Part shown: in pieces, positions 7,030 through 16,761 of the stretch
Numbering within the stretch: position 1 is the stretch's first letter
How the letters are laid out: the number at the start of each line of letters is the position of its first letter
Assembly: GCA_016783605.1 (NCBI GenBank)
Contig: JADHWG010000003.1
Coordinates: forward strand, 1 to 62,404
Reading direction: 5' to 3'
DNA length: 62,404 nucleotides
Origin: Candidatus Omnitrophota bacterium
Lineage (GTDB): Bacteria > Omnitrophota > Gorgyraeia > Tantalellales > Tantalellaceae
The notes under the pieces: model-generated
Database searches by the model: none
What the model was told of the DNA's origin: nothing
The model's input: only the letters and a program-made list of their open reading frames with translations
Position numbers and translations under genes: made by a program

Positions 7030-7875
7030 TTATACACTTTTTTCGACTGAATCGCTTAATTTCGCGTAATCCTTTAAGGAGAGGTTTTCGGCTCGGGCTT
7101 GGGGGGGGATATGGCACTTTTCCAGAATACCTTCCCAAATGTGTTTGTCAATTCCAAGAAAGTCCCGGGCGGATAAAGGATTTATGATCTTTTTTCTTCT
7201 CTGGGAAAAAGCCGTGCGAATGATCTTGAACATTAATTCTTTGTTTTGAACTTTCACGCTTGGATCTTTCAATATCTTAAGCTCTAAGAGACAAGATTCG
7301 ACTTTTGGTTTGGGATAAAACGAATTTTTTTTGATTCTGAAAAATTTCGCGGGCGTAGTGTAAAACTGTACAAAACAGCTTAACGCGCCGTATGTTTTTG
7401 ATCCGGGCGGCGCGATTATCCTGTTCGCCACTTCTTCCTGCAGAACCAGATAAAATTTATCCACAATTTGTCTTTGATCGATGATCTTGGCAATGAGAGG
7501 CGTCGTTATGTAGTATGGTATGTTGCCGTAAACAATTATTTTCTGCGTGTTATCCGTTAGCTTCGCAAGATCTATGTCTAAAATATCTCCTTGAACCAGT
7601 TTAATATTTTTTTCCGCGGCGAATATCGGTTTCATGATCCGCGAGACGCGATCATCTTTTTCAACCGCGACAAGCCGCCCGCATAAGGCCGCCAAAGAAA
7701 AGGACATAACTCCAAACCCCGCACCGACTTCAATAAGCGTAGTCTCTTTCTCAAGCGGTAAATGTTTTATGATCTTGTCTCGAACATTCTTATCAATTAA
7801 AAAATTCTGACCGAGTTTTTTGTTCGGAGAAAATCCATTTTCTTTCCACAATTGTTTAAGCTGAACTAAATCCAT
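7030..7875 (-). CDS. rsmA: 16S rRNA (adenine1518/1519-N6)-dimethyltransferase
   Basis: 281 aa with GQNFLIDKNV and the SAM motif LIEVGAGFG. Full-length KsgA/RsmA pattern, in the classic position after pdxA. Confidence 0.92.
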   Translation of the reverse strand: MDLVQLKQLWKENGFSPNKKLGQNFLIDKNVRDKIIKHLPLEKETTLIEVGAGFGVMSFSLAALCGRLVAVEKDDRVSRIMKPIFAAEKNIKLVQGDILDIDLAKLTDNTQKIIVYGNIPYYITTPLIAKIIDQRQIVDKFYLVLQEEVANRIIAPPGSKTYGALSCFVQFYTTPAKFFRIKKNSFYPKPKVESCLLELKILKDPSVKVQNKELMFKIIRTAFSQRRKKIINPLSARDFLGIDKHIWEGILEKCHIPPQARAENLSLKDYAKLSDSVEKSV

Positions 7876-7892
7876 GTTTTATATATAAAATT

Positions 7893-8058
7893 GATGACAA
7901 ATGACAAAATTCAAATGACAATTGAATAACAAAAATCAAAATACAAATGCCAAAACCTTAGAACTTCCCAAATCTACCTCGTAGATGAAATCGAAGAGAG
8001 CTGTTTTGAGCTTTGGTATTTTAATTTATCTTGTCATTTGAATTTTGTCATTTGACAT
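7893..8058. repeat. 166-bp intergenic palindrome with AAATGAC-type short repeats in the arms
   Basis: The arm GATGACAAATGACAAAATTCAAATGACAA (7893-7921) pairs with TTGTCATTTGAATTTTGTCATTTGACAT (8031-8058). The centre contains ATCTACCTCGTAGAT. The right arm covers the last codons and stop of pdxA. Confidence 0.8.
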
Positions 8059-9082
8059 TCTTATGGATAGCCCGAAGGGCTACCTTGATCGCCTGCTCCA
8101 TCGATTCGGAATTTGCTATGCCTTTTCCGGCTATGTCGAATGCCGTCCCGTGATCGGGAGAGGTCCTCACAAATGGAAGCCCCAAAGTCATGTTAACGCC
8201 GCTGTCAAAATTTATCATTTTAAAGGGAGCAAGCGCCTGGTCATGATACATCGCCACCACAATATCTAATTCTTTCCGGTATGCTTTATAAAAAACTGTG
8301 TCCGCCGACATAGGAATGGTGATATTTTTATACACTCCCCGCGCTTCTTCCACGGCCGGCATTATGATACGCGCTTCTTCATCCCCTATTTTGCCGCCTT
8401 CGCCGGCGTGCGGATTCAGCGCGCTGACACCTATTTTAGGATCCTTCCGCGGACATATTATATTTCTATTTTCGATCACCTGAAAAAGCGTATCACGAAT
8501 AAGCCGCTCATTTAATTTTTCGGCGACGTCTTTTAACGGGATATGCCGAGTAACCGGCACCACGCTGAAATTTTCCCCGACCATAACCATCGTTACCAAG
8601 TCTAAAGAATATGCCTCAGCGAGATATTCTGTATGCCCGATAAATCCTGGTTTTATCTCTGCGATCGCTTCCTTGCTGAGAGGCGCCGTTACCAAAACTT
8701 TTCGCGTTTTATCGGAGGAGTCTCGCATCAGGCTTATCGCCGAGTCCAAACAATCTAAAGTTTTTTTCGCGCCTTCGGCAGTCGGGATCCCGGTTTTAAT
8801 GTTCGTTAACGGAGCCCCCGCGTCTAGAACATTTACGCGCGTCTCATCCAAAACAATTTCCGTTTGCCCGCCATCGTCAAGCTTTCGTACGGCAAGCTTT
8901 TTCTGAAAACCCAACTTCTTTGCCGCGTTGATAATGCACGATGCGTCCGCGATTATTATAAAAACGGCAAGATCCCTAATTAGGGAGCTTGCCATTGATC
9001 TTACGATAATTTCAGGACCGATCCCGGCGGGATCGCCCATGGTGATAAATACCTGCGGTTTACTTGTAGGCGATATACGCAT
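8048..9082 (-). CDS. pdxA: 4-hydroxythreonine-4-phosphate dehydrogenase
   Basis: PdxA pattern (ITMGDPAGIGPEI ... GHTEYLA ... TSPDHGTAFDIAG). ATG at 9082 overlaps the surA end by 23 nt. surA-pdxA-rsmA order as in E. coli. Confidence 0.9.
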   Translation of the reverse strand: MRISPTSKPQVFITMGDPAGIGPEIIVRSMASSLIRDLAVFIIIADASCIINAAKKLGFQKKLAVRKLDDGGQTEIVLDETRVNVLDAGAPLTNIKTGIPTAEGAKKTLDCLDSAISLMRDSSDKTRKVLVTAPLSKEAIAEIKPGFIGHTEYLAEAYSLDLVTMVMVGENFSVVPVTRHIPLKDVAEKLNERLIRDTLFQVIENRNIICPRKDPKIGVSALNPHAGEGGKIGDEEARIIMPAVEEARGVYKNITIPMSADTVFYKAYRKELDIVVAMYHDQALAPFKMINFDSGVNMTLGLPFVRTSPDHGTAFDIAGKGIANSESMEQAIKVALRAIHKNVK

Positions 9083-10025
9083 TTTCTCTTTTTTCTTTAA
9101 GCCATTCAACCAAATTTTCTTCAAACCTTTTCATATACAACTGTTCTCTCAAGAAATCACTCACCTCGGAAAACGAAAGTGTTCTTGGTTTTTGGATTTC
9201 TTCGATCAGGAACACGTGAAAACCGATATGAGTTTCAATAGCGGCCGAAACTTCTCCCACTTTAGTGGAAAAGATAGCTTTTTCCATTTCTTCCAACACC
9301 TGTCCGCGTGAAACAAAACCCATGTCTCCACCTTCGGCGGCATACGGACCTTCCGAAGCTTCTTTCGCGAAATCCACAAAATTTCGTCCTCTTTTCAATT
9401 CTTCAATTATTCCATCGATCTTTGCTTTATCCATTTCACGGTCTTTTGTCTTACGGATCATTATGCTTCGAACTTTGACTTTATGCGCGGCCACGAATTT
9501 TTCCTTGTTCTTGTTGTATAAGTCTTTCAGTTCCACCGGAGACACAACGATCTTTTCGGAAATTTCTTGTTCAACAAAGGCTTGCGCGAGCATTTGCTCG
9601 CGAATTTCTTTGTTAAACTCGGTTAAATTTGTCCCTTTCGCGTTAAGCACCTGAAGGAACGTTTCCTCCGAATCATAATATGCCCTCACTTTACCTATAC
9701 GACTTTGCAATTCTTCTTCGTCGATCTCCACTTCCGCGTCTTTCGCGAGACTGATCGTAAGTTTCGAATTTATAAGCTGTTCAAGAAGCGCGGCTCTAGC
9801 GGTTTCGAGTTGTCTTTCGAGTTCCTTGCCTTCATATGTGGTCATAAAATTTTTCTCGATCGGGACAAATATCCTGTCAAAATCACGCTGGGTCACAACC
9901 TCTTCGTTGACAACCACCAACACTTTATCCATAATTTCAGCGTGTGAAGAGTTCGCTAATCCTATAGAAAAACCCAACAAAACCGCCAGAGATACAAAAC
10001 TTCTCAAACTTTTTCTTAAAATCAT
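9060..10025 (-). CDS. surA: SurA-like periplasmic chaperone / parvulin PPIase
   Basis: Signal peptide, a SurA N-terminal-like helical region and one parvulin domain (VRSIMIR...GGDMGFVSRGQ...IGFHVFLIEE). Confidence 0.75.
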   Translation of the reverse strand: MILRKSLRSFVSLAVLLGFSIGLANSSHAEIMDKVLVVVNEEVVTQRDFDRIFVPIEKNFMTTYEGKELERQLETARAALLEQLINSKLTISLAKDAEVEIDEEELQSRIGKVRAYYDSEETFLQVLNAKGTNLTEFNKEIREQMLAQAFVEQEISEKIVVSPVELKDLYNKNKEKFVAAHKVKVRSIMIRKTKDREMDKAKIDGIIEELKRGRNFVDFAKEASEGPYAAEGGDMGFVSRGQVLEEMEKAIFSTKVGEVSAAIETHIGFHVFLIEEIQKPRTLSFSEVSDFLREQLYMKRFEENLVEWLKEKRENAYIAYK

Positions 10026-10099
10026 ACTTCCCTCCGTTTAGTCATTCGATTCGTACAATCAAACCATACACGCAGAACCTCACGCTTGGGTCCGAATAA

Positions 10100-10975
10100 T
10101 TATTTTTCCTTTCCATCGGTCGCGACATCCGCCGCGGACTCAGCCAAAATCTTTTCGTTTATTGAAATAGGCGTTTTACCTTTAAGCCTCTCTATCAATT
10201 CATTAAAAAGTTTTTTATGTTTCGTAACATAAAGCGTATGACGAATCTCCGTAGTTACTTCATCAATCGGTTTTAATTCCGGACTTTTGCGATCCGTCAG
10301 TTTTATTATATGATATCCCAATTTTGTTTTCACCACGTTGCTCACTTCCCCGATCTCAAGCGCGGCCGAGGCCGCCTCAAACTTCGGCATAAGCTGACCT
10401 TTCGCGAAATATCCGATGTCTCCCCCATTTTGAGCGGTCGGATCAAGGGATCGTTTTTTCGCCGTTTCGTTAAAATCCGCGCCTTTACGCAGTTCCGAAA
10501 GAATCCCTTTGGCAACAGAACGCGAAAACACCAAGATATGAGACGCCCTAAAAACTTCAGGTTCCAAATATTTGGACTGATTCGCGTAGTAAAAATTTAC
10601 GATCTCTTCTTCTTCAATATCGATCACATCATCAATTTCGTCTTTTAATAATCTCGCCACCAAGATCTTTTTTCGCGCTTCTTCAATAACTTTCCTTACC
10701 TCTTTTTCAGAAGACACTTTCTTTCGCAGAGCTTCCTGATACAGCAAAGTATTGTTGACCAATTCGTCTAAGTATTCCTTTTTCCTCTTACGTATTATCT
10801 CTCTGTACTGTGCGGGAAGATTGGCGATCCTCTCATTAAAATCCGCCATAGTTATTTTTGAACTTCCGATCGAGGCTAAAACGGCGCTCTTCTGGGCCGT
10901 TTTCCTGCACCCGGCAAAAGCCAGCATGACGCATCCCGCAACACATAGACTTAAAAAAATGTATTTTTTATTCAT
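10100..10975 (-). CDS. parvulin-type peptidyl-prolyl isomerase lipoprotein (PrsA/PpiC-like)
   Basis: Lipobox LAFAGC. Parvulin domain FRASHILV...GGDIGYFAKGQ...LGYHIIKLTD. Confidence 0.8.
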   Translation of the reverse strand: MNKKYIFLSLCVAGCVMLAFAGCRKTAQKSAVLASIGSSKITMADFNERIANLPAQYREIIRKRKKEYLDELVNNTLLYQEALRKKVSSEKEVRKVIEEARKKILVARLLKDEIDDVIDIEEEEIVNFYYANQSKYLEPEVFRASHILVFSRSVAKGILSELRKGADFNETAKKRSLDPTAQNGGDIGYFAKGQLMPKFEAASAALEIGEVSNVVKTKLGYHIIKLTDRKSPELKPIDEVTTEIRHTLYVTKHKKLFNELIERLKGKTPISINEKILAESAADVATDGKEK

Positions 10976-11065
10976 ATTGATGTCCTAAAATGATAAACTC
11001 TGGGCACAGTATATGATATCAGACTAAAAGCCCGTCTTCAAGAAATAATCGAAAAAAAAACGCGA

Positions 11066-12973
11066 TCATCCTTTTTCTTTCTTTAGTCTTGTAATTTCGG
11101 TTTTTAGGAGGCGGCAGTAGAGGTCGAAGCCTACTTGGTCAATGAAGCCGCTTTGTTCAACGCCTAAGATATTGCCAGCTCCCCTCATTTCGAGGTCATG
11201 CATAGCTATTTTAAATCCGGAGCCGAGCTCTTGGTATTTTTTTATCGCGTGAAACCGTTTTTGCACTTCACCGGTTAGGGTGCTAAAGCTTTTGACCATC
11301 AGATACGCGTAAGCCTTGCGGTTAAATCTGCCTATCCTGCCGCGCAGTTGATATAGCCCTGCCAGTCCAAACCTCTCGGCGTTGTTTACAAGCATAGTGT
11401 TCGCGTTGGGGATATCGATCCCGGACTCAATGATCGTCGTACACACCAAAATATCAATTTCGCCTCTTATGAACTTTATCATGGTGCTTTCAAGCGTTTT
11501 AGAGCTCATCCGTCCGTGGCCGATCATTAGTCTCGCCTTAGGAACAAGTTTTTGTATTTCGGCCGCTTCTTTCGCGATAGTCTCAATTCTGTTATGGAGA
11601 TAATAGACCTGTCCGCCTCTTTCCAATTCTTTTTCGATAGCCTCTCTTATCCGTCTTTTATCGTACTCCACAACTTTCGTTTCGATCGGCATTCGTTCCA
11701 AAGGCGGGGTTTCAATAACGGATATATCTTTTCCCCCCATAAGCGCGAGATATAAGGTTCTGGGTATAGGGGTCGCCGTTAAGGTCAGAACGTCTACGTT
11801 TATCCTCATCCTTTTTATCTTTTCCTTGTGGCTGACGCCAAACCGTTGTTCTTCGTCAACTATTAAAAGTCCGAGATCGTTAAACGCGATGTCAGGAGAA
11901 AGAAGCCGGTGCGTTCCGATCACTATATCAATTTTACCGCCGGATAACTCTTTTACTATATTTGCCTGTTCCGAATGCGTCCTGAATCGGTTCAGCATTC
12001 TGATCTCCACACCAAAGTTTTTCATACGTTTGGTAAAAGTATTCGTATGTTGTTCGGCGAGGATCGTGGTCGGAACAAGAAAAGCGACTTGTTTTCCGTT
12101 CATAACGGCTTTAAACGCGGCACGAAGCGCCACTTCCGTTTTGCCGTAACCGACATCTCCGCAAAGTAAACGATCCATCGGATGCGTGCGCTCCATATCG
12201 TCTTTAACTCGCACGGTTGCCTTAAGCTGGTCCGGAGTTTCTTTGTAAGGAAACTCCTCTTCCATGTCTTTTTGCCAATCGGTGTCTTTTTTAAAACCAA
12301 ACCCCGAGGCGGTTTCTCTTCTTGCCTGATACGATAAAAAATCTTTGGCGACCGAAGCGGCGCCTGTCAGCGCTCGCTTTTTTGTGTTCTGCCACTTTTT
12401 GCCTTTCAGGCTGTTCAGTTTTGGGCGCATTCTGTGAAAAGAAACGTATCTCTGCAGTTTATCGAGATCATTCTCTTCGACATAAAGCTTGTCATTGTCT
12501 TTAAATTCAAGTTCAAAATACTCTTTTAGCTTGCCGCCGCGCCGTATCCCTCTCATCCCCAAATATTTGGCAACTCCGTAGTCGATATGAACGACATAAT
12601 CTCCCGGTTCTATATCAACGAAAGAATTTATGGGATTCTCGGACAGCTCCGCAGAGATCAAGCTTTTAGTTACTTTTTTTCGCCGGAGAACTCCGACGGG
12701 AAGAATGATAACACCGTTATGCGGTGAAATGGTCTTATAAGAAACCGCGTCGATACTGTTTATCGACCGAACTTCTCCTCCGGAAAGATCCAACCGCACC
12801 GGATATTCAAAAGTTACGGGAAAAATGATGAGAATGTCTCCCACGGCGCTAAAGTCTCCTTGAGAGGAAACTTTACGGCATCTGGAATAGCCATATCCTA
12901 AAAGCGTCTCCATAACAGAGTCAAGATCCGTCTTCGCGTTTTTATAGAATTTGAGAGAATTAAACATTGTCAT
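11066..12973 (-). CDS. mfd: transcription-repair coupling factor, compact form (~635 aa)
   Basis: RNAP-interacting CarD-like motif GDYVVHIDYGVAKYLG. Helicase motifs GDVGYGKTEVA, DEEQRFG, TATPIPRT, QLRGRIGR. The TRG-region end is GFDLYCRLL. ATG at 12973 or 12967. The track N-terminus reads into a REP hairpin. Confidence 0.85.
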   Translation of the reverse strand: MTMFNSLKFYKNAKTDLDSVMETLLGYGYSRCRKVSSQGDFSAVGDILIIFPVTFEYPVRLDLSGGEVRSINSIDAVSYKTISPHNGVIILPVGVLRRKKVTKSLISAELSENPINSFVDIEPGDYVVHIDYGVAKYLGMRGIRRGGKLKEYFELEFKDNDKLYVEENDLDKLQRYVSFHRMRPKLNSLKGKKWQNTKKRALTGAASVAKDFLSYQARRETASGFGFKKDTDWQKDMEEEFPYKETPDQLKATVRVKDDMERTHPMDRLLCGDVGYGKTEVALRAAFKAVMNGKQVAFLVPTTILAEQHTNTFTKRMKNFGVEIRMLNRFRTHSEQANIVKELSGGKIDIVIGTHRLLSPDIAFNDLGLLIVDEEQRFGVSHKEKIKRMRINVDVLTLTATPIPRTLYLALMGGKDISVIETPPLERMPIETKVVEYDKRRIREAIEKELERGGQVYYLHNRIETIAKEAAEIQKLVPKARLMIGHGRMSSKTLESTMIKFIRGEIDILVCTTIIESGIDIPNANTMLVNNAERFGLAGLYQLRGRIGRFNRKAYAYLMVKSFSTLTGEVQKRFHAIKKYQELGSGFKIAMHDLEMRGAGNILGVEQSGFIDQVGFDLYCRLLKTEITRLKKEKG

Positions 12974-12981
12974 AGCATTTA

Positions 12982-13006
12982 GGGCACCCACAAGGGTTGC
13001 CCCTAC
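12982..13006. repeat. REP-like GC hairpin with CTAC head
   Basis: GGGCACCCACAAGGGTTGCCCCTAC. Same hairpin class as 13290-13310, 35111-35132 and 60117-60137. Confidence 0.7.
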
Positions 13007-13014
13007 CAAAATTC

Positions 13015-13287
13015 GTAGGGTGTATATTGTCACAATTCAGGTAACAAATTGATAGTGACGGAGACCACCCGACCATTTTGTCCCCTCGTCAATTAATCGG
13101 ACAAGGCAGGCCTTGTCCCTACGAATGATATAAAACATGCCCAACAAATCGTAGGGGCCGGGCCTGCCCGGCCCTTTTATCCCCATCATCATTGATAACC
13201 TTTATATGTCGGTGCCATTATAAACGGTTACCTAAATTGTGACAATACGCGCCCTACGATTTGTTACCTGAATTGTGACAATATACA
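13015..13287 (+). mobile_element. MITE-like nested-palindrome element, family A, plus an extra solo right terminal repeat
   Basis: GTAGGG+TGTATATTGTCACAATTCAGGTAAC at 13015-13045 and right TIR GTTACCTAAATTGTGACAATACGCG at 13227-13251. A second right-TIR copy lies at 13263-13287. Internal hairpins are GGACAAGGCAGGCCTTGTCC-CTAC and GTAG-GGGCCGGGCCTGCCCGGCCC. Confidence 0.8.
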
Positions 13288-13316
13288 AGGAGCACCCACA
13301 AAGGGTGCTCTTTTCC

Positions 13317-15014
13317 CTACATTTTTTTCGGCAGAGTGATGTTTAGTAGATCCAAACCGTTCGCCAAAACAATGCGGACACATTCGACAAGATGAAGCCT
13401 CGCCTTGGATAACGCGTTATCATCACCTATAACCCTGCATTCGGTGTAGAATGAATGGAAGCATCTCGCGAGTTCGTTAAGATACACTATCACACGGTTC
13501 GGTTCTAACGTATCGGCGCTGGTTTTCGAGGCAAAAGGAAATTCGTTGAGTTTTCGCATTAATTTTTTTTCTTCTTTGGAAACCAGCAGATCAAGGTTCA
13601 GTTTCTGAAAAAACAAACAAGCTCGTTGAAAACGCCCGAATTTTTTTATACTGCAGATCCTGGCATGCGCGTATTGAATATAAAAAACAGGATTATCCGC
13701 GGATTCTTTTTTCGCAAGGTCGATATCCAAGTCAAGATGGCTGTCTAAACGCCTTGAAAGAAAAAAGAAACGCGTCACATCTTTTCCTATTTCATCGATG
13801 ATCTCACGTAAGGAAATAAATTCTCCTTTTCGTGTCGACATTGACACATTTTTGCCTCCCCGGGTGAGAGTCACAAGCTGTACTATCAATATGTCAAGCG
13901 ACGCGGCGTTATGTCCAAGCGCTTCAACCGCCGCGGTCATCCTTTTTATGTAACCGTGATGATCGGGTCCCAAAAGATCGATCAACCTTGAATATCCTCT
14001 TTCATACTTGTCCTTGTGATATGCCACATCGGGAGCCAAATATGTGTATGTTCCGTCACTTTTAGTAACAACTCTGTCCTTATCATCTCCAAGACGAGTC
14101 GACGCGAACCAAACGGCGCCGTCTTCCTCGTAGATATATCCCTTATTTTTCAGAAGTTTCAATACTTTTTCCACTCCCTGACATTTCTCAATGCTTTTTT
14201 GAGACGTCCATACATCAAACTTCACGCCAAAATCCGACAAGTCTTCCGTAATAAGTTTCATTATGTATTTGACGGCATATTTGCTGAAAAATTCATCAGT
14301 GTTTTTATCTTGGGCAAGAAGTTTTTCACCTTTTTCCGCTTTTATTTGCTTCGCTATGTCTATAATATAGTCGCCCATATACCCGTCTTCTGGCAAAGAC
14401 TCGTTCTTCCCGAAAAGATTCAGGTACCGAGTTTTTACCGATTTACCTAAAAGATTTATTTGTCTTCCGTAATCATTGAGATAATATTCGTTGGTAACTG
14501 AAAAACCGTTGAAACGAAGGATTCGAGCGAGAGCGTCCCCGATAGCGGCCTGCCTTCCATGCGCTATAGTTAGAGGCCCGGTTGGATTGGCACTGACAAA
14601 TTCCAAGTTAATTTTCTTACCGCCGCCATCGGAAGATCTTCCGAAATTGCATTTTTCCCGATAAATGGACAGTAAAAGCCGGCTGTAATATTCACGGGCA
14701 AATCTTAAATTAATAAACCCGCCAGTCAGATTAACGTCACCTATAAATTTGCCAAGTTCAGTTCCCTCGAGTATCGCACGGAAATTATCTACAACTTCCT
14801 TACCGATCTCCCCGGGAGACTTTTTCGCGTAACGGGCCAATTGCATGGGCGCGTTTGACGTTAAATCGCCGAATTTATGATCGCGAGTCACCTGGAACAA
14901 CACTTCTACGTTTTCCGGAAAATTCGTATCTTCCGGCAGATGTTCTTTGAAATATTTCTTGCAGGCGGATAAAAGCGCTTCCGCTATTTTTTTAGAAATG
15001 TCTTTTTCAAACAT
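13317..15014 (-). CDS. argS: arginine--tRNA ligase
   Basis: 565 aa. Class I motifs SANPTGPLTIAHGR and SMSTRKGEF, plus an ArgRS N-terminal add-on and an anticodon-binding C-terminus. Confidence 0.93.
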   Translation of the reverse strand: MFEKDISKKIAEALLSACKKYFKEHLPEDTNFPENVEVLFQVTRDHKFGDLTSNAPMQLARYAKKSPGEIGKEVVDNFRAILEGTELGKFIGDVNLTGGFINLRFAREYYSRLLLSIYREKCNFGRSSDGGGKKINLEFVSANPTGPLTIAHGRQAAIGDALARILRFNGFSVTNEYYLNDYGRQINLLGKSVKTRYLNLFGKNESLPEDGYMGDYIIDIAKQIKAEKGEKLLAQDKNTDEFFSKYAVKYIMKLITEDLSDFGVKFDVWTSQKSIEKCQGVEKVLKLLKNKGYIYEEDGAVWFASTRLGDDKDRVVTKSDGTYTYLAPDVAYHKDKYERGYSRLIDLLGPDHHGYIKRMTAAVEALGHNAASLDILIVQLVTLTRGGKNVSMSTRKGEFISLREIIDEIGKDVTRFFFLSRRLDSHLDLDIDLAKKESADNPVFYIQYAHARICSIKKFGRFQRACLFFQKLNLDLLVSKEEKKLMRKLNEFPFASKTSADTLEPNRVIVYLNELARCFHSFYTECRVIGDDNALSKARLHLVECVRIVLANGLDLLNITLPKKM

Positions 15015-15391
15015 GTGCTATCAAACCGCTCCCTCGGAGCATTAGACCAAAGCCGTTCCAACGCATAAAACCCCCTTATGCCTTTTGTAAAAAACATACG
15101 CCACTTTCGTCCTCATTATCCAACAAGATCCGGTGCGTACCTATTTTTATTACGGATTTAAGGGAGAAACACCACTTGAAGAGCAGTTCTTTTTGTATCG
15201 TTTTTGAAACGACCTTTATTCGAGCGGAAGAACTCACGCTATAGACAACATACCTCACACACACGATCCAATATCGCTCTCACATTCATGAGAGCGATAT
15301 TGGACCCTTATATTGTCCTCGCGCAAGCCGCGTTACAAACCAAGCTTTATTCTAAACTCTCGTTTTTTTTGCGAAAATATCACAATATCGT

Positions 15392-15535
15392 CTATTTTCC
15401 CATAATTCTGTACATACCGGTGCCACAATCGGGACAAGATCCCTTCATTGCTTTTCTTCCGTTCTTCATAGTAACTTCTTTGGCGTCTTTCATCTCTTTT
15501 TTCGCTTTACATTTTACACAATATCCTTCTGCCAT
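15392..15535 (-). CDS. small zinc-ribbon protein, DUF5679-like (47 aa)
   Basis: Absent from the ORF track (<60 aa). MAEGYCVKCKAKKEMKDAKEVTMKNGRKAMKGSCPDCGTGMYRIMGK*. AGGAGG lies 8 nt upstream of the ATG. The CxxC...CxxC pattern matches my recollection of the DUF5679 family. Confidence 0.65.
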   Translation of the reverse strand: MAEGYCVKCKAKKEMKDAKEVTMKNGRKAMKGSCPDCGTGMYRIMGK

Positions 15536-15750
15536 GCGTATTCCTCCTTTATTAGTAGTAAATAAGAACCAAACTTGCTTAAGTTTATCATACAGATACC
15601 AAATGTCAAGAATTTATGTGGGTTTATGGCGAATGGGGTCCATCATACATATTTGATTATTATCGATATTGAATTCAATATGGAACAACCAAATTTTTCG
15701 TTCCGATTACGTTGGGACCATTCACGTAAGGGCACATGCAATGTGCCACT

Positions 15751-16028
15751 TGTATATTGTCACAATTCGGGTAACGATATGCACTCCTTATTGGCGCTGT
15801 CGCACAATATTCCCAAAATGTCATCCTCCGGAACGCGGGGATCTATAATTCCAAGAAACACCATACAAACAGATCCCCGCGTTCCGGAGGATGACAGAAA
15901 AAGGTGTTTTGCGACAGCAACCTATTGTATTCAAAATCAACTATTGGTTTTGTAGGGGCACGGCATGCCGTGCCCCTACGTATTTCACATTAACTCCCAA
16001 TTTGTTACCCGAATTGTGACAATGTACA
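15751..16028 (+). mobile_element. MITE-like nested-palindrome element, family B (278 bp)
   Basis: TIRs TGTATATTGTCACAATTCGGGTAAC / GTTACCCGAATTGTGACAATGTACA. Inner 24-bp-stem hairpin GTCATCCTCCGGAACGCGGGGATC...GATCCCCGCGTTCCGGAGGATGAC. Double-headed GTAGGGGCACGGCATGCCGTGCCCCTAC. Near-identical to 35134-35412. Confidence 0.85.
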
Positions 16029-16030
16029 CC

Positions 16031-16627
16031 CTACGTATATAATCCTTTGTTTCGTATGTAGTCAACGACCTTTGGCGGGATATAAAAATCTATCGGCTCG
16101 TGGTGTTTAATCCTCTCACGTATCATTGTGGAGGAAATATCTATATCGGGAATCGTGATGCTCGTTAGATTGTCTTTTATGTAATCATTAATGGGACGGG
16201 CAGGTCCGGCCCCTACGGGAACACCGGGACGATTTGCTACAACAAAAGTTGTAAACCGTAAAATCTTTTTGAAATCTTTCCATAATGAAAGGTTGTCCCC
16301 CGAATCCTCTCCGGCAAGAAAAAAAAGCTCGGCGTATTCTCCATACTTCGTTTTCAAATGTTTTATCGTTTCAATCGAATAAGAGAACCCATTTTTATCT
16401 ATTTCATACGTTGAGATCTCAAATCTCCCATATCCTTCCAAAGCCAAACGAACCATATTCAATCGATCCGCGGGAGCAATATCTCCTTCGATCGTTTTGT
16501 GCGGAGGAAGACCGGTTGGAATAAAAACAACTTTATCCAATCCCAACTGATGCAAACACTCATCCGCCAAAATCAAATGACCAAGATGTATAGGATTAAA
16601 CGTCCCGCCCAAAACCCCTATTTTCAT
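16031..16627 (-). CDS. nadD: nicotinate-nucleotide adenylyltransferase
   Basis: GGTFNPIHLGHL (HxGH) and ISSTMIR motifs. 198 aa. Confidence 0.92.
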   Translation of the reverse strand: MKIGVLGGTFNPIHLGHLILADECLHQLGLDKVVFIPTGLPPHKTIEGDIAPADRLNMVRLALEGYGRFEISTYEIDKNGFSYSIETIKHLKTKYGEYAELFFLAGEDSGDNLSLWKDFKKILRFTTFVVANRPGVPVGAGPARPINDYIKDNLTSITIPDIDISSTMIRERIKHHEPIDFYIPPKVVDYIRNKGLYT

Positions 16628-16643
16628 AAAATATCCTTAACTT

Positions 16644-16751
16644 ACAGGTTACAGGGTTCAGGTTACACGTTTCAGGTTTCCCGCCGTAGGCGGGTCCGCC
16701 TACGGCGGAAAAACCTGCAACCTGCAACCTGCAACCTGCAACCTGTAACCT
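16644..16751. repeat. heptamer-armed palindromic element, family H, copy 1
   Basis: About 5 CAGGTTN units, the core TCCCGCCGTAGGCGGGTCCGCCTACGGCGGA, then about 5.5 AACCTGN units. Fills the nadD-proA gap. Confidence 0.85.
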
Positions 16752-16761
16752 TACGTACCGC

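Noticed and set aside
12974-13033. N-terminal extensions of track ORFs (mfd to 13033, Fic to 6705, minor pilin to 25006, pilin to 35050, pilC to 36822, radical SAM to 45836, vapC to 1577, pdxA to 9124)
   Set aside because: The extensions start at alternative start codons and read into repeat elements or the upstream gene. Internal ATG/GTG/TTG starts with an RBS, or the family-typical N-termini, fit better.
15015-15391. Possible T-box or other riboswitch leader upstream of argS, and the hairpin 15268-15303 as an intrinsic terminator
   Set aside because: No T-box consensus (GGTGGTACCGCG-like) was found on the minus strand. The hairpin has no following U-tract.
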